Positions 13,401 to 26,470 of a stretch of 64,000 nucleotides of DNA are shown piece by piece. Source of the stretch: Azolla caroliniana. Taxonomy: Eukaryota > Plantae > Polypodiophyta. Both the position numbers and the translations under genes were made by a program. The notes below the pieces were generated by a model. It ran no database searches, was not told where the DNA came from, and saw nothing but the letters and a program-made list of their open reading frames with translations. The stretch is taken from contig JBHGNT010000014.1 of NCBI GenBank assembly GCA_043228905.1, positions 11,222,001 to 11,286,000 of the forward strand. Reading direction: 5' to 3'. Every line of letters begins with the position of its first letter. Position 1 is the first letter of the stretch.

Positions 13401-16352
13401 TATGCGAGGGCTCGATCCTCAACTATATCAGCATCAGATACATTTGAGGAAAGATGCCAAACCGGTAGCACAACGGCGGTACCGGATGAATCCAAATTAC
13501 GCCGCCAAAGTCAAGGAGGAAATCGACAAGTAGTTGAGGGTTCGCTTTATCCGCCCAGTAAAGAAATCTACATGGCTGAGCCCGATAGTAGTCATACCAA
13601 AGAAAAATGGCAAAATTAGAGTTTGTGTCGACTACCATAAGGTTAATGCAGTGACGGTAACAGATGCATTCCCACTCCCATTTACGGATAGAGTGTTGGA
13701 CGCAGTCGCCGGCTATGAGGTATATAGTTTCTTAGACAGATTCAACGGATACAACCAGATCCGGATGCACCCGATGACCAGGAGAAAACGGCTTTCATCA
13801 CCGAATGGGGAGTGTTTGTTGCCGTAGTAATGATGTTTGGACTAAAAACGGCGCCGGCAACGTTCCAGAGGATCATCATGGAAATATTCAGAGAATTCAT
13901 ACCGGCATTCATGCAGGTGTTTTTGGATGACTTCGCCGTCTATAGCCGGGAAGGAGTTCACTTTCAGCACTTCCGACTGTGTCTAGAGAAATGTCGGGCT
14001 TCCGGCTAAGCTTGCATCCGGAAAAATGTGTATCCGGAGTGTCAAGCGGGGCGCTATTAGGACACATTATGAGCAAGGAAGGAATTATCGTGGACCCGGA
14101 CAAAGTAAAAGCAATCTTGGAGGCACCAGCACCAACAACGGCCAAATCATTAAGCCGTTTCTTAGGCCAAATCCGGTGGCATAGCCGAATGTTCCGGTAT
14201 CTGGCGGACCTAGCTACACCACTGCATGTTGCGGTACATCGAACACCGTTCCAGTGGACCGACATCGAAGACAAGGCATACCGGGCACTCAAAGTACTAT
14301 TGTCGCAAGCGCCGGTAGTGCAACCCCCGGATTGGGCTAAGCAGCTTTTTGACCAATAGCTACGTAGACACAGATAACATTTTGACCTTTCTGATTCAGA
14401 ATCATATCTGTAGCTACTGCTATTTTACCGGTCTGTCTATCCCCAATGATTAGTTTCATGTGTTCGTGGATGCGTCCGACATTGCAATCGGAAGTGCGTT
14501 GATGCAACTTACGGAGCCAAGGTGGTACCGGCCCATGTATTACGGAAGCCGAAAGTTATCTGAAGCCGAACGAAATTATTCCACCACGGAAAGGGAAGCT
14601 TTGGGCATGATCTACAGCGTGCCAAAATTCAAACATTATTTGCTGGGAAGGAAATTTTCCTTCCACGTAGATCATTCGGCACTCCTCTATTTAGTTTCCA
14701 AAGCGTCACTAACCAGTAAGTTGGCATGGTGGACGTTACTGTTGCAAGAATTTGAATTCAAAATATTCCATCGACCCGACATACAGCACGCAGTAGTAGA
14801 CTATTTCAGCCGGTTAGATTCCGGCGAGACTGGTGACGGAGTCCCGGACGAGTTTCCGGATGCTAAGCTATTTCGAGTCACCGCAGAAACGGCAACAGAT
14901 GAAATGGTGGCACAAGAAGATAAGTGGCTAACGAATATGCAACAATTTCTGAGCACCGGATTGCCTCCGGAGCAGATGAACCGGGACAAGAGGAAACGTG
15001 TAGCGGTACAAAGCCGGCACTTCTGTTTAGTACGGGACACGCTATACCACAAAGGCGCGGACGGTATATGGCGACGGGTAGTGCGCAACGATGAGAAGGA
15101 TATAATACTACGAGAAGCACACTGCGGAGTCGCCGAAGGCCATTACGCCGGAGATGCTACGGCAAGGAAGATATGGCAGAGTGGCCTATGGTGGCTGACA
15201 ACATTGAAAGACGCAGTCTGGTATGCTAAAGAATGCGATCTATATCAGCGAATGGGCCAGCCAACCGAACAAGCTAGCATGGGGGTTGGATTTTGTGGGT
15301 CCATTTAAACCACCGGCGATGAGAACTAGCAACCGGTATGTAATTGTCGCAATGCATTACTGCACGAAATGGGTAGAAGCCAAAGCCTTGTGCAACAACA
15401 CCGTTGCGTCGACGACGAAATTCTTGTATGAATACATCTGGTGTAGGTATGGATGCCCAATCGAGCTAATAAGTGACCAAGGAGGACACTTCCTCGGACA
15501 AGTGGTAGAAAGCTTGACGTCGTTCTATGCGGCGGTGCATAAACGGAGCATGCCATACTATCCGCAAGCAAACAGGTTAGCTGAGTCGACGAACAAAACG
15601 CTGTAGAATATCCTTCGGAAAATCGTCAACGAAACCGGACAGACTAGGATACGAAGTTGCATGGCGCACTCTGGGCTTACCGGACAACCTACAAAACAAG
15701 CATCCAAACCACACCATTCCGGCTAGCATTCGGATTGGAGGCCGTCATGCCGGTAGAGTTGCAGGTCTCGAGCTTACGGATTCAGATTAGGGAACGGTTA
15801 AACGAGAAGGAATCAAAGGCAATTCGGTTAGCAGCTTTGTGTGAACTAGAAGAACACCGACTAGCGAGTATCATGCACCTGGAACTGGAGCAGCGGCGAA
15901 GAGAGGCGTTTGTGGATCGCCACCGAAAAGGAAATGAAAAGATGTTTGGAATTGGCAAGCCGGTACTAGTGTTCCAGACCCGGATGGGAAAGATGCCGGG
16001 GAAACTACGGTTTCGGTGGACCGGACCGTACTAGATCACACGCGAGTTCAATGGATCCTACTAGTTAGGGACACTTGCCGGCGAAGTCCTGGGTAAGTGG
16101 GTCAATGGATTTTGACTAAAGCCATACAAGGGACCCATGCCGAGGAACCCATTTGAACAAGGAAAGGCCGATGCCGAACCAGATACCGGCATACCGGAAA
16201 CAACGGCAACCCGATTAGCAATCGGCAACAACGAAGCCAGTAAGGGGGACAAAGAGCCGGCACACGGGTTGGATAAGAGGATGGCAAACCGTCACGAGGC
16301 CGGCAAGATTCCTCATTCAGGTAAGGGTCCGATAGGACCGGAGATGAATTAA
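10456..16352 (+). pseudogene. gag-pol: gag-pol of B1 with many premature stops and frameshifts
   Basis: Gag with CTTC..H..C and CLLC..H..C knuckles; PR VIDGGSG; RT FLDD; RH DASD; INT HHCC/DDE; start position approximate. Confidence 0.9.
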
Positions 16353-16757
16353 CCTAACAATTGATATTAAAAAATAAAATAAAAATCGAAACGAATCAAA
16401 GAAATCATGCAAAGGAGTGGTGGGAACGGCCATGCAAACGAGGAGTAAAGAGGCACTTTGAAAAGGTATGAGGGGGCTATGAATAGGGCATTAAACCACC
16501 GCCACATGGCACGTAATGCTATTATAGTACACGACCTACACACGCGTAGGCTCGAAAAAGGCGCCAAGATGCAGAGAGAAACCCCCCCCCCCCCCCGCCC
16601 CCCCCGCATCGAGACCTTCTTCTTTCGCGAACCAAGGAGCACAAATGCACACAGGCGCTTGAAGATCATCAGAAGAGAGCCAACACACAGAGAGATTCCT
16701 CACACAGAGCTTCCTCATCCACAACCCTCACCAACGTTGTCCAACCTCAACGCAAAC

Positions 16758-19182
16758 ATGGACTGCCGGACTCTCTCTGAGGCCGCCAAGAAAGGGCTAC
16801 GACAACACGGATTGGAGGGGTTCCTCACAATCATGGAAGCACCACCACACAGAGAAGCTAACAAGATCATCAAAGAAATTGACACCGAGCTGATCACGGA
16901 GGAAGCGATCCGTGCACTAACAGGCCTTCCGGAGGGGGGCATCTATGCTATTGACAACCCTACCTCCGAACGGCTCATCAAATACTTCGGCGAGTATTCT
17001 CTGGGCAGCAAGGGCTACAAGACACAGGGCGGAGAAGATATGTTATTCCGAGAAATTGCCCGTGTACTCCATGAGTTCGGCCACGTATACCCTCGACCCC
17101 CCGTTATGCCTCAGAACCGAGTAGGCTTGATCATCGCAACATACGAAGGGGTCAAGGTGGATTGGCCGGTGCTGATCGCCGATGGATTGTGTGCGGCTAT
17201 TGACACCGTAAGAGGTAAGGAAGCCAAAGAAGGCCGGAAAATATGGCATGTGGTGGCGCAATGGCTCACCCTATTGGCGCCACCTGTCGAGCCCATCTAG
17301 ACCAAGAAGCGGGGAAGAGTAACGGACGGCACCCCGAAAGCTGCTTCAAAACGATAGCAGTTGTTGGCCACGATGACCACTAAGGGGAAGACAGCTAACA
17401 CGGAGCAGGCGGCGAAGGAGCACGCCATCCAAAAGCAGCTGACGGACACGCAGGACGAGACACCGGCACGACCCCTGAAGAGCACACTCCGCCGACCGGT
17501 GCAGCAAGAAATGGACACCCTGGCGGCAAGAATGAATGTCGGGACTCAGGAGGAAGAAACGGAGGAAGAACCTACGGAGCACCTCCAGCGGCGGCCGACG
17601 ACGAGCACTACAGAATCAGCCGGGAAGCGTTCGGACCCACAGAACGATGGAACGCCTTTACCCCACACTAAGAATCCCACGCCAAGGGACGAACCGGTCT
17701 TAGAAGCCTCTGCACAACAGGCAATACCGGCGGGTCAGGAAACGACAAGCCCCGAAACGCAAGCGCCGGTAAGGCATGTGCCAGCTTCCTCAGCCGGCCA
17801 AGAACAAGCAGAACAAGAGCGGCCAGCCAAAACACAACCAGAACCTGAACGACAAAGTGGTCAGTAGGCAGAGCCGGACGCAGTTAGGCGGGACCGGCCA
17901 CTAGCAAGTGAACCCATGAGCCAACCCTCCGTACAGACGCAACAACAGGGCACCGGCAACCAATGGCTCCGGTGGATAGGAGAGCAGGTTGCCGGAGTGA
18001 TACTGTATATAGAGGCGGAAGAACGAGCGCAGATGGAACGGTTGCTAGTCACAACCGATGAACTAGAGACGGCCCAGTCAAGGATCCAGTGCCTTGAACA
18101 AGACTTGGATCAGGTCACAGAAGACATGGAGAAAATGGCCTTAACCGCAACACAGATCCAAGCACCGGTGACTCCGGTGGATGTATAGAATAAAGAAACA
18201 ACCACGCATATACATACGAATAAGACCCCGGAGAAAGATGTGGCGCAAGCCCAAGAGCTTGCCGAATTAAGGGACAAACTTGCTACACAAGAAGCACTAT
18301 GGAGCCGCGAACAAGATTTGAAGAAAGAGGCAGAAGAGGAGTTAAAGAAGACTGTTGAAAACCTCCGCCGAGCAGAAGAAAATCTGTGGAAAGGGCATCA
18401 AGCTTATGACCGGCTAAAGGAGGAAAAAGAAAAATTGTTGCAGGAGGACAAGCTGTGACGGATGGCGGAAACGGAAATCGAAAGGCTGAAAGAAGAACTT
18501 CGTCAACAAAAGGACCGGGAAGACCGCGCTCGCTGGCAAATCAAGCAGAGGCCGAAGCAGAAGACAGAGGACTTCGACCACCTACACCGGAACTTTAAGA
18601 GCTTGGACACAGAGCATAAGCAACAGTAGGAAAGAATGGTTGAGCTCCAGCAGGAAGTTGATCGGGCCACGACGGCACTCGCCGATGAACGGGCTTAGAA
18701 TACAAAGCTATTGGAGGAAGCGGCGAGGGACCGGATGGAGCTCCACAAGCAACACCGTAAAGAAAAGGAGAGGGCAACAATGGTGTTATAGAAGTTGCAA
18801 ACAACCTATCAATGTCAATGGTCGCACTATAGGGAGCAGGAGGCGGACACGGTCAGAATCATCAAGCAATTGAAAGAGGAGCGACAAGCCGCGAAGAATA
18901 AATCAGAAATGGGAACCGAACGGATCCAGTGCATCCTCCGGGCATGGCTAAACAAGACCAAACTCTTGATTGACGAGAGCTCCATGCAATGGTGGACAAA
19001 ATGGGCGCAGAATACGGTCCGGCAATTCATAGCGCAACTGGACAACGATCGGATGGATGCTCAAATCCAGTTTGAGAGATATGAGCAGTCCCGGCTTAGG
19101 GAAGAAAAAGCAAGGCGGGCGGCAACGGTCAACCTCAGTGATGAGGAACCGTCGCCGGTACAAGGACCAGACGGAGACCAGG
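16758..19182 (+). pseudogene. Extra ORF of B1 (disrupted; short remainder at 26232-26418)
   Basis: Collinear with the 798-aa ORF 44321-46717 of B2. Confidence 0.85.
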
Positions 19183-19649
19183 TGTTACGGGCATGACCAT
19201 ATAATATCCCGTGGTGAGAATTGTCGTAGTATTCTATACACGTGGATAAGTGTGAGGGTTAAACAAAGAGTCTAAAGAAGGGGAGGATTACTTTTAATCC
19301 TCGGGATTGAGACAACCCATGAGGCCAAGTGTGAACATGGCTGGGGGCCTTGAGAATTACTATAAATAAGAGGCCTAGCTACCCTCATTGGGGCATGCAT
19401 TGACTACGTCGAGACTCTGTCCGTGAGTGGAACGACTCTTGTAGCAAGCGCGCTATCGTCCAGGTACGACTCGACGCCAAGGCGGTGGTATGGGACGCCG
19501 ATCGAGGCTCGAGTCCGTCTCGATCCCTTCGCTCGGGGGTGGTCGGGTGGATCGGCACCCTTCTTTCTCTCTTTTCTCTCTATTCTTTCTAGATCTATCA
19601 TTGATATATCCTTATTTTATGCTTACTTTAGTACCTAATCTCTAATATT

Positions 19650-19662
19650 TGGTATCAGAGCC
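19650..19662 (+). other. PBS for tRNA-iMet (TGGTATCAGAGCC) of E
   Basis: Canonical motif 2 nt after the 5' LTR. Confidence 0.95.
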
Positions 19663-19898
19663 TATGTACTAACGTTTCTTTTGGTTTTCTTTTTGTCTTC
19701 GCGTGGGATGGCGATTGATCGTTGTGCGGTCGCCTTCATGCAGACAAGGATTAGCGAAAGAACTTCGGTAAATTTTCCTTAATTTTTTATCTAATTTTTC
19801 TTCTCCCTTCTATACATGTGTATACTTAATATGTAGTTTTTTTTTTCATATATTCAATGATGTTGACGTGGTATTTAATTGGTTATCTTAAACGTTTA

Positions 19899-20160
19899 CA
19901 TATGTCCACGAGGTCAATACCTCGTTTGACATATAAATCATATGTGATGAGTGTCGTATGCGTACGAGGTTACTACCTCAATTGCGTATTACGTTCACGA
20001 ACATATGTTACGTTCGCGTACGAGGTCAATACCTCGCTTCGTTCGAAATGATATGCGTTGGATTTACTATGCGTAAGAGGTCAATACCTCAATTGCGAAT
20101 TACGCTTAACCTTATTTTCGGATGTTTCGTGTGCGTAGAGGTATATGCCTCGATTACGTA
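19899..20160 (+). repeat. Array of five stem-loops (consensus GAGGT-CAAT-ACCTC) in the E leader
   Basis: Cores near 19910, 19966, 20022, 20077, 20138; about 56-nt period. Confidence 0.8.
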
Positions 20161-21346
20161 TCCCGAATACATCATTGTTGGCTATATAAAAAAAACGATT
20201 CATTTAGTATACGCATATGTGGTCACTTATATACGTCTCTGATCGTACATATGTGATATATTGACATATGTGTATATTTTAGATTACGTGATTCATATCA
20301 AATGTTTTCCTAATTGGGGAGAGGATTTTGGTGGCCGTCCTCACATTTTTGTGAGAATGGCGTTGTCACCATCCCTTTTATCAACAATTTTTATTGTTGA
20401 AATTCCCGTTGGTCACTTTGATCTTTCGTTACGTAACGAACCTCGTATAGCCAAAATGATGTTGAATACGTCGGGCTTGATCCACATCAAGTAGGGTCGC
20501 TCTAATGACACACGTATCCAACATCTCCCCTCGTTACATGGATACGATGCCACCATGAGCTCGTTCTTACGAGCGCCATTCGTAATGACGTGACCATGTG
20601 ATGGGCCACATGAGCCTACGAAGACACAAGGGCTCATTCGGCTTGACCATTAGGTTACACTTTGGCATATGCCATTGTACTTACGAGGCTTGAGGGTAGG
20701 TAGCGTACAACCATAGTGGGTAATAAATGAGGGAGAAATAAGGCCACTTGACCTATATGTTTCTTTTAAAAAAAACATATAGGGGCAAATGCCTCGCATA
20801 TCTCGAATCCGCCTCAAACATTAAACATTCAAGACGCGCAATCTACTTGGTTGGCTCAAGTGTTTAATGTATTTGTCCTCGAGGTCTCGAGTTCAAATAT
20901 GACCAACACCATACAACATCGTTGATACATATGACTATAATACATGTTTAGACTTTAGGTCTAAGTGCACTTCGGGGTCCTCGTAATAGGACTTAAAGAG
21001 CCGAAACCACATATGTGGGCACAGAAACATAGTTATTGTTAACATTTTTTTCGTGTATAAACTATTCATGACGCGAACATACATGGTTGAGCCTCGGGGA
21101 GCCGCCATGAAAAAAATCGATATAGAGATCAGGGAAAGGCATTCATTTGTCACCCCCATGGTTTTTAAAACACCTCTGTGTTACCATAGTAACCTCATCT
21201 TGAACCTCATCTCATACGTCTAGAGGGGTATTGACGTGAGATCATGATATCGATTAATGTTTGCCCATGATATGTTTACACCACAACAAGATGTTATGAC
21301 TATTTGTCTGACCTTATCTTATTTCTTTTCCAGAAATAATCATTCA

Positions 21347-24300
21347 ATGGCTCAGAATAACGACCCGATGCCCTCCGCTCAAGCGGAAAGACCTCAAGGA
21401 AATCCTCCTGGGACAATGTCCATTGAGGCGTATATTTTACAAGTACAACATTTCCTTAGTTCAACCGCGCAGCAGTTGACCGAATTTCGGCAATCTCAAA
21501 GTGCTCTCGAGGCACGAGTCATTAGTCTCCAAAATGAGATTAATAGACCTGATGAGCGTCAGGGTGAACCATCATTTGTCGTAAAGCCATTTACGGGAGA
21601 TAGAAAGGAAAGAACCGAAGAAGCAATCTGCACGTGGCTGGGCCGATGGGAGTCTCATTTTGAGCTCTATCCCACGCCAGATAGTACGAAGATTGCATAT
21701 GTCGGCCGAGAACTAGGGGGTAAGGCCGCCGCTTGGTGGCGTGGGCTCCGAACTTTGGGGAGATTGCCCGAGACCTGGACAGACTTTGTCACAGTTTTCA
21801 AGGGTCAATTTCTACAACCTCCCTCTCGAACCGAGGCAGCACAAGCTTTAATGAACCTCTCTAGCAGGAAGTTTTCCTCGCTAGAAGACTATGTCCACCA
21901 TGCTAGAACCCAAATCCAAAAATCGGGTCTAGAAGGGGACAGTTGGTTAATAGCTTGTTTTGTCAATGGCATCCCCAATTCGGACTATCACTGGATAGTG
22001 CACGATAAGGATCCAAAATCCTTCGAAGAGGCCGTTGAGATAGTTCTTCGCTATCAACGCACTTCGAAGAAGGACCATAACAAACCCAACGAAGCGCCCG
22101 GGACTAAGCAATCGCAATTCGTTGGGAAACGCAAGACACCCAACGAATTCATGGATCGCGATTATAAGCGACAACATCCTTTTTGCGTATTCTGCAAAAA
22201 GAAGGGTCATACAAAAGAGCAATGTCGTAAGCTCCAACGAAAAGAGCACGACGCCAAACCTAAAGCTACAGACCATAAAGGTCAGATTCCTAATGTCCTT
22301 CAGGTCTATACACATCATTTGAGTAATTGTCAATGTTCTTTCCCTCATTATGTATTGGGTCCCAATGATTTACTACGTGCAAACGGGTATATCAATGGAT
22401 CTCCCGTACAATTTTTATTTGATTCGGGAAGCTCACACAATTTTGTGAATGATCGTTTGGTACAGATATGGGGAATCCAACCCACCGTAAGTGATCACAC
22501 CTACACGGTGCACTTGGCTGATGGAAGAGTACAACACATCAACGGGGCGATTCATTCTTTAGGAATTTCTATTGATACCTATATAGAGGAAGTAGACTTC
22601 CATGTAATGAATCTTAGTACCACCGATGTAATACTGGGTTATCCCTGGTTTTATAATAAAAGCTCTTCTTTATTTATTGATTGGGTTCGCCATTCCATTT
22701 CTTTTGTACTCAACGATTGTACGCATTTTATTCAATGTGTAACAAAACAATCCCTCTCGATTGTTTCCTCGTGTCCATCAATATCCGAGTTGTCTTGTTC
22801 TACGTTATTTTATTGTGTACTTGATCCGGACATTCACGTTTACAATATCGATAATGTCTCGGGTCAATTAACATATTTTGAACAAAAACAACTTGATGAA
22901 ATCGTAAACGATTTTCGTGATGTTTTTCCGAGTGAACTACCCGATGGTTTACCTCCTAAACGTAATATAGACCATCGTATAGATATTGTACCTGGCATTG
23001 CACCCATTAGTATACCTCCGTATCGCCTAAGTCGATCTGAAGAGGATGAGGTAGCTAAGCAACTTAAGGACTATTTACGAATGGGTTATATACGTTATAG
23101 TAAATCTCCATGGGGTGCACCAGTTCTCTTGGTTAAAAAGAAAGAGGGCACATGGCGTATGTGTATTAATTACCGACGCTTGAATAAAGTGACGATCAAG
23201 AATTCGTACCCATTGCCCCGGGCTGACGATCTAATTGACCGTCTCCAGGGAGCTCGGTATTTTACGAAACTTGATCTCTGTACTGGCTACCATCAAATAC
23301 GAATAAGTGAGGACGATGTTCCTAAAACAGCATTTCGTACGCGCTACGGCCATTATGAGTTTTTGGTTATGCCTTTTGGTTTGACCAATGCTCCGGCTAC
23401 ATTTCAACAAGAAATGAATGACATTTTCCGAGAACAACTTGGAAAATTTGTCGTTATCTTCTTAGATGATATTTTAGTTTATAGCCGTACATTACAAGAA
23501 CATGCTAGACATGTCCGCTTTGTTTTACAAATATTGCGTGACAAACAATTTTACGCGAAGATCTCAAAATGTGAGTTCTTCAAGAAATCAATTACTTATC
23601 TTGGACATCTCATAACCGAACGAGGAGTTGAAATTGATCCTTCTCGCATCGAGAAAATCAAGCTTTGGCCCACTCTTTGGAATATTCGAGAAGTTCGATC
23701 ATTCCTTGGTTTTGTCGGATTTTTGCGAAAATCTCTTCGTAATTACTCACAATTGACGACGCCGTTTACTGATCTTCTAAAAGGTCAAACGCGTAAGTCT
23801 ACAAAACCTATTGTGTGGAATGCTACACTAGACCTCGCCTTTAAGGAACTCAAGGACTTGGTATGCAAGGCTCCTTCACTTCTTTTACCTGATCCTTCAA
23901 AACCTTTTGAGGTTGAAACCGACGCAAGCGATTATGCTATAGGTGCTGTCTTGTATCAAGATGGTAAACCAATAGCATTCGAGAGTAAGAAACTTGATTC
24001 TGCTCAATGTCGGTATACCGTTCAAGAAAAGGAATTATTTGCGGTTATACATGCGCTCAAAACATGGCGCCATTATCTTTATGGAAATCGCTTTGTGGTA
24101 ACTACGGACCACGAGTCCTTGAAATATTTTTGTGACCAACAAGACCTGAAAGGTCGTAAGGCACGATGGGCTGATCTCATCCAGGACTTTGATTTTTCCA
24201 TACGATATCGTAAAGGTTCCATGAATACTGTCGCTGATGCACTAAGTCGCATCCGTGAAGTTAACATGCTTAGCTTCACTGAAATAACATCAGATCTTTA

Positions 24301-25780
24301 TGATCACCTTCGAGGAAAGTATCCTGATGACAATTATTTTGCAAAATACTGGGCAAGAGTCGAGTCTGGAACAGACACCACCACACCCTCGAAGGAATAC
24401 TTCCACATTGCTAACGGTCTGCTCTACCGTAATGGGAAGGTTTGTGTTCCAGATTTACCTGAGGTCAAAAAGAGAATTCTTTTTGAATGCCATGATGCAC
24501 CCTCCGCAGGGCACCCTGGAATACATCGTACACTCGTTCTCATCTCCACTCAATTTTATTGGCCTAAGATGCGTCCTGACATACATAGCTATGTGACTAA
24601 ATGTCACCAATGTCAGGTTAACAAAGCCGAGCGACTTAAAGCCGCAGGACTTTTACATCCCTTGGACATTCCCAATAATAAGTGGGAAAGTATATCCATG
24701 GATTTTATTGTTAGCCTTCCTCGCACCCAAAAAGGTCATGATGCCATATGGGTTGTGGTTGACAGACTAACTAAAATGGCCAGATTTATTGCTACTAAAA
24801 CCACGGTAACAGCTCCTGAATTGGCTAACCAATTCGTTGATGAGTTATTTCGTTTTTACGGGTTACCGATGGATATCGTGAGTGACCGAGATCCGAAGTT
24901 TACTAGTGACTTCTGGACGCAAGTCTTTAAGAAGTTAGAAACTACGTTGAGCATGAGCTCCACGGATCATCCTCAATCCGATGGACAGACAGAACGAGTA
25001 AATCAAATTATTGAGGACATGCTTCGAGCATACGTTGGTGCAAAACCAACAAAATGGGAACGTTACCTCCCAATTTTGGAGTTTGCTTATAGCAGCTCCA
25101 AGCATACGTCGACGGGATATAGTCCTTTTATGTTGATGTATGGATTTCAGCCACGAGCCCCGATTGATGTTAATATACATCATGATGAGTTGCGAAGTAC
25201 GCAAAACTTTCTTCGGGATATGCAAGATATGTTGCATATTGCACGGGATAATATAAAAACAGCTCAAGATAGAGCGCGTTTTTATGCCGATCATCACAGG
25301 CAACCTCGTGTATTCAGCCCTGGACAGAAGGTATTTTTACGTGTACCTCACAATTCTAAGACATTGTCTACGGGTAAGTGCGCTAAGTTAGCCCCACGGT
25401 TTTGTGGACCTTTTACAGTCCTCAAACGCATTGGATCATCAGCCTATCGTCTCGCTCTTCCCGATGGTGTTGGAATCCATCCAGTCTTTCATGTAAGTCG
25501 TCTAAAAGAACTTCTAGGTTCTGGCGACAATACAGTTACAACTGAAACTCTGGTTACTTCTGAAGATTTATCTTCTAAACCACATGTACCAGAAAGAATT
25601 CTCGATGTTAAAACAAAAAAATTACGTGCTAAGGAAATCCGAGAATTTAAAATAAAATGGATGGATAAATCAATCAAAGATGCCACATGGGAACGCGAAA
25701 CGACTCTAAGAACTAACTTCCCTAACTTTCCATTGCAAGAGTGCAATGTTTTAAAGAGGGGGAGTATGTTACGGGCATGA
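21347..25780 (+). CDS. gag-pol: Gag-Pol polyprotein with chromodomain (element E)
   Basis: ORF 21257-25780; likely ATG 21347 (MAQNND); [38 protein letters not shown] motif, chromodomain PERIL...KW...ATWE. Confidence 0.96.
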   Translation: MAQNNDPMPSAQAERPQGNPPGTMSIEAYILQVQHFLSSTAQQLTEFRQSQSALEARVISLQNEINRPDERQGEPSFVVKPFTGDRKERTEEAICTWLGRWESHFELYPTPDSTKIAYVGRELGGKAAAWWRGLRTLGRLPETWTDFVTVFKGQFLQPPSRTEAAQALMNLSSRKFSSLEDYVHHARTQIQKSGLEGDSWLIACFVNGIPNSDYHWIVHDKDPKSFEEAVEIVLRYQRTSKKDHNKPNEAPGTKQSQFVGKRKTPNEFMDRDYKRQHPFCVFCKKKGHTKEQCRKLQRKEHDAKPKATDHKGQIPNVLQVYTHHLSNCQCSFPHYVLGPNDLLRANGYINGSPVQFLFDSGSSHNFVNDRLVQIWGIQPTVSDHTYTVHLADGRVQHINGAIHSLGISIDTYIEEVDFHVMNLSTTDVILGYPWFYNKSSSLFIDWVRHSISFVLNDCTHFIQCVTKQSLSIVSSCPSISELSCSTLFYCVLDPDIHVYNIDNVSGQLTYFEQKQLDEIVNDFRDVFPSELPDGLPPKRNIDHRIDIVPGIAPISIPPYRLSRSEEDEVAKQLKDYLRMGYIRYSKSPWGAPVLLVKKKEGTWRMCINYRRLNKVTIKNSYPLPRADDLIDRLQGARYFTKLDLCTGYHQIRISEDDVPKTAFRTRYGHYEFLVMPFGLTNAPATFQQEMNDIFREQLGKFVVIFLDDILVYSRTLQEHARHVRFVLQILRDKQFYAKISKCEFFKKSITYLGHLITERGVEIDPSRIEKIKLWPTLWNIREVRSFLGFVGFLRKSLRNYSQLTTPFTDLLKGQTRKSTKPIVWNATLDLAFKELKDLVCKAPSLLLPDPSKPFEVETDASDYAIGAVLYQDGKPIAFESKKLDSAQCRYTVQEKELFAVIHALKTWRHYLYGNRFVVTTDHESLKYFCDQQDLKGRKARWADLIQDFDFSIRYRKGSMNTVADALSRIREVNMLSFTEITSDLYDHLRGKYPDDNYFAKYWARVESGTDTTTPSKEYFHIANGLLYRNGKVCVPDLPEVKKRILFECHDAPSAGHPGIHRTLVLISTQFYWPKMRPDIHSYVTKCHQCQVNKAERLKAAGLLHPLDIPNNKWESISMDFIVSLPRTQKGHDAIWVVVDRLTKMARFIATKTTVTAPELANQFVDELFRFYGLPMDIVSDRDPKFTSDFWTQVFKKLETTLSMSSTDHPQSDGQTERVNQIIEDMLRAYVGAKPTKWERYLPILEFAYSSSKHTSTGYSPFMLMYGFQPRAPIDVNIHHDELRSTQNFLRDMQDMLHIARDNIKTAQDRARFYADHHRQPRVFSPGQKVFLRVPHNSKTLSTGKCAKLAPRFCGPFTVLKRIGSSAYRLALPDGVGIHPVFHVSRLKELLGSGDNTVTTETLVTSEDLSSKPHVPERILDVKTKKLRAKEIREFKIKWMDKSIKDATWERETTLRTNFPNFPLQECNVLKRGSMLRA
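25753..25764 (+). other. Polypurine tract of E
   Basis: AAAGAGGGGGAG 2 nt before the 3' LTR. Confidence 0.93.
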
Positions 25781-26451
25781 CCATATAATATCCCGTGGTG
25801 AGAATTGTCGTAGTATTCTATACACGTGGATAAGTGTGAGGGTTAAACAAAGAGTCTAAAGAAGGGGAGGATTACTTTTAATCCTCGGGATTGAGACAAC
25901 CCATGAGGCCAAGTGTGAACATGGCTGGGGGCCTTGAGAATTACTATAAATAAGAGGCCTAGCTACCCTCATTGGGGCATGCATTGACTACGTCGAGACT
26001 CTGTCCGTGAGTGGAACGACTCTTGTAGCAAGCGCGCTATCGTCCAGGTACGACTCGACGCCAAGGCGGTGGTATGGGACGCCGATCGAGGCTCGAGTCC
26101 GTCTCGATCCCTTCGCTCGGGGGTGGTCGGGTGGATCGGCACCCTTCTTTCTCTCTTTTCTCTCTATTCTTTCTAGATCTATCATTGATATATCCTTATT
26201 TTATGCTTACTTTAGTACCTAATCTCTAATACCAGGCCAAGGTAATTCAACCAGAGACAACTCCGACGGAGGAAACAACAAAGGAAACGTCGGTGCCAGA
26301 GCAACAATCGAAGTCACAGCCGGAGTCGCAGCAGCCACAGCAACAACAACAACAGATTCCCATCGAGCCACTGGAGACCCTAGAGCAAAGCTTCCTTGAT
26401 ATCTTGGACAAAGATTAACGGGCCGGTGTGGGATTCGACATACAAGGTACT

Positions 26452-26468
26452 GTCCCACGGGCGTGCCA
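26452..26468 (-). other. Inverted tRNA-Arg PBS at the PPT position of B1
   Basis: GTCCCACGGGCGTGCCA-TG-[3' LTR]; minus strand reads TGGCACGCCCGTGGGAC. Confidence 0.8.
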
Positions 26469-26470
26469 TG

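Larger units (their letters stand above)
19183..26231 (+). mobile_element. Intact young Ty3/Gypsy chromovirus E
   Basis: 465-bp LTRs 19183-19647 and 25767-26231, identical by eye; TSD CCAGG (19178-19182, 26232-26236); tRNA-iMet PBS; PPT; uninterrupted ORF. Confidence 0.97.

Noticed and set aside
19899-20160. Palindromic repeats with unique spacers resembling a CRISPR array
   Set aside because: Core only about 14 nt, inside a eukaryotic retrotransposon leader, no cas genes
20852-20905. A/B-box-like sequence in the E leader (TGGCTCAAGTG...GAGTTCAAAT)
   Set aside because: Single degenerate instance in sense orientation; too weak to call
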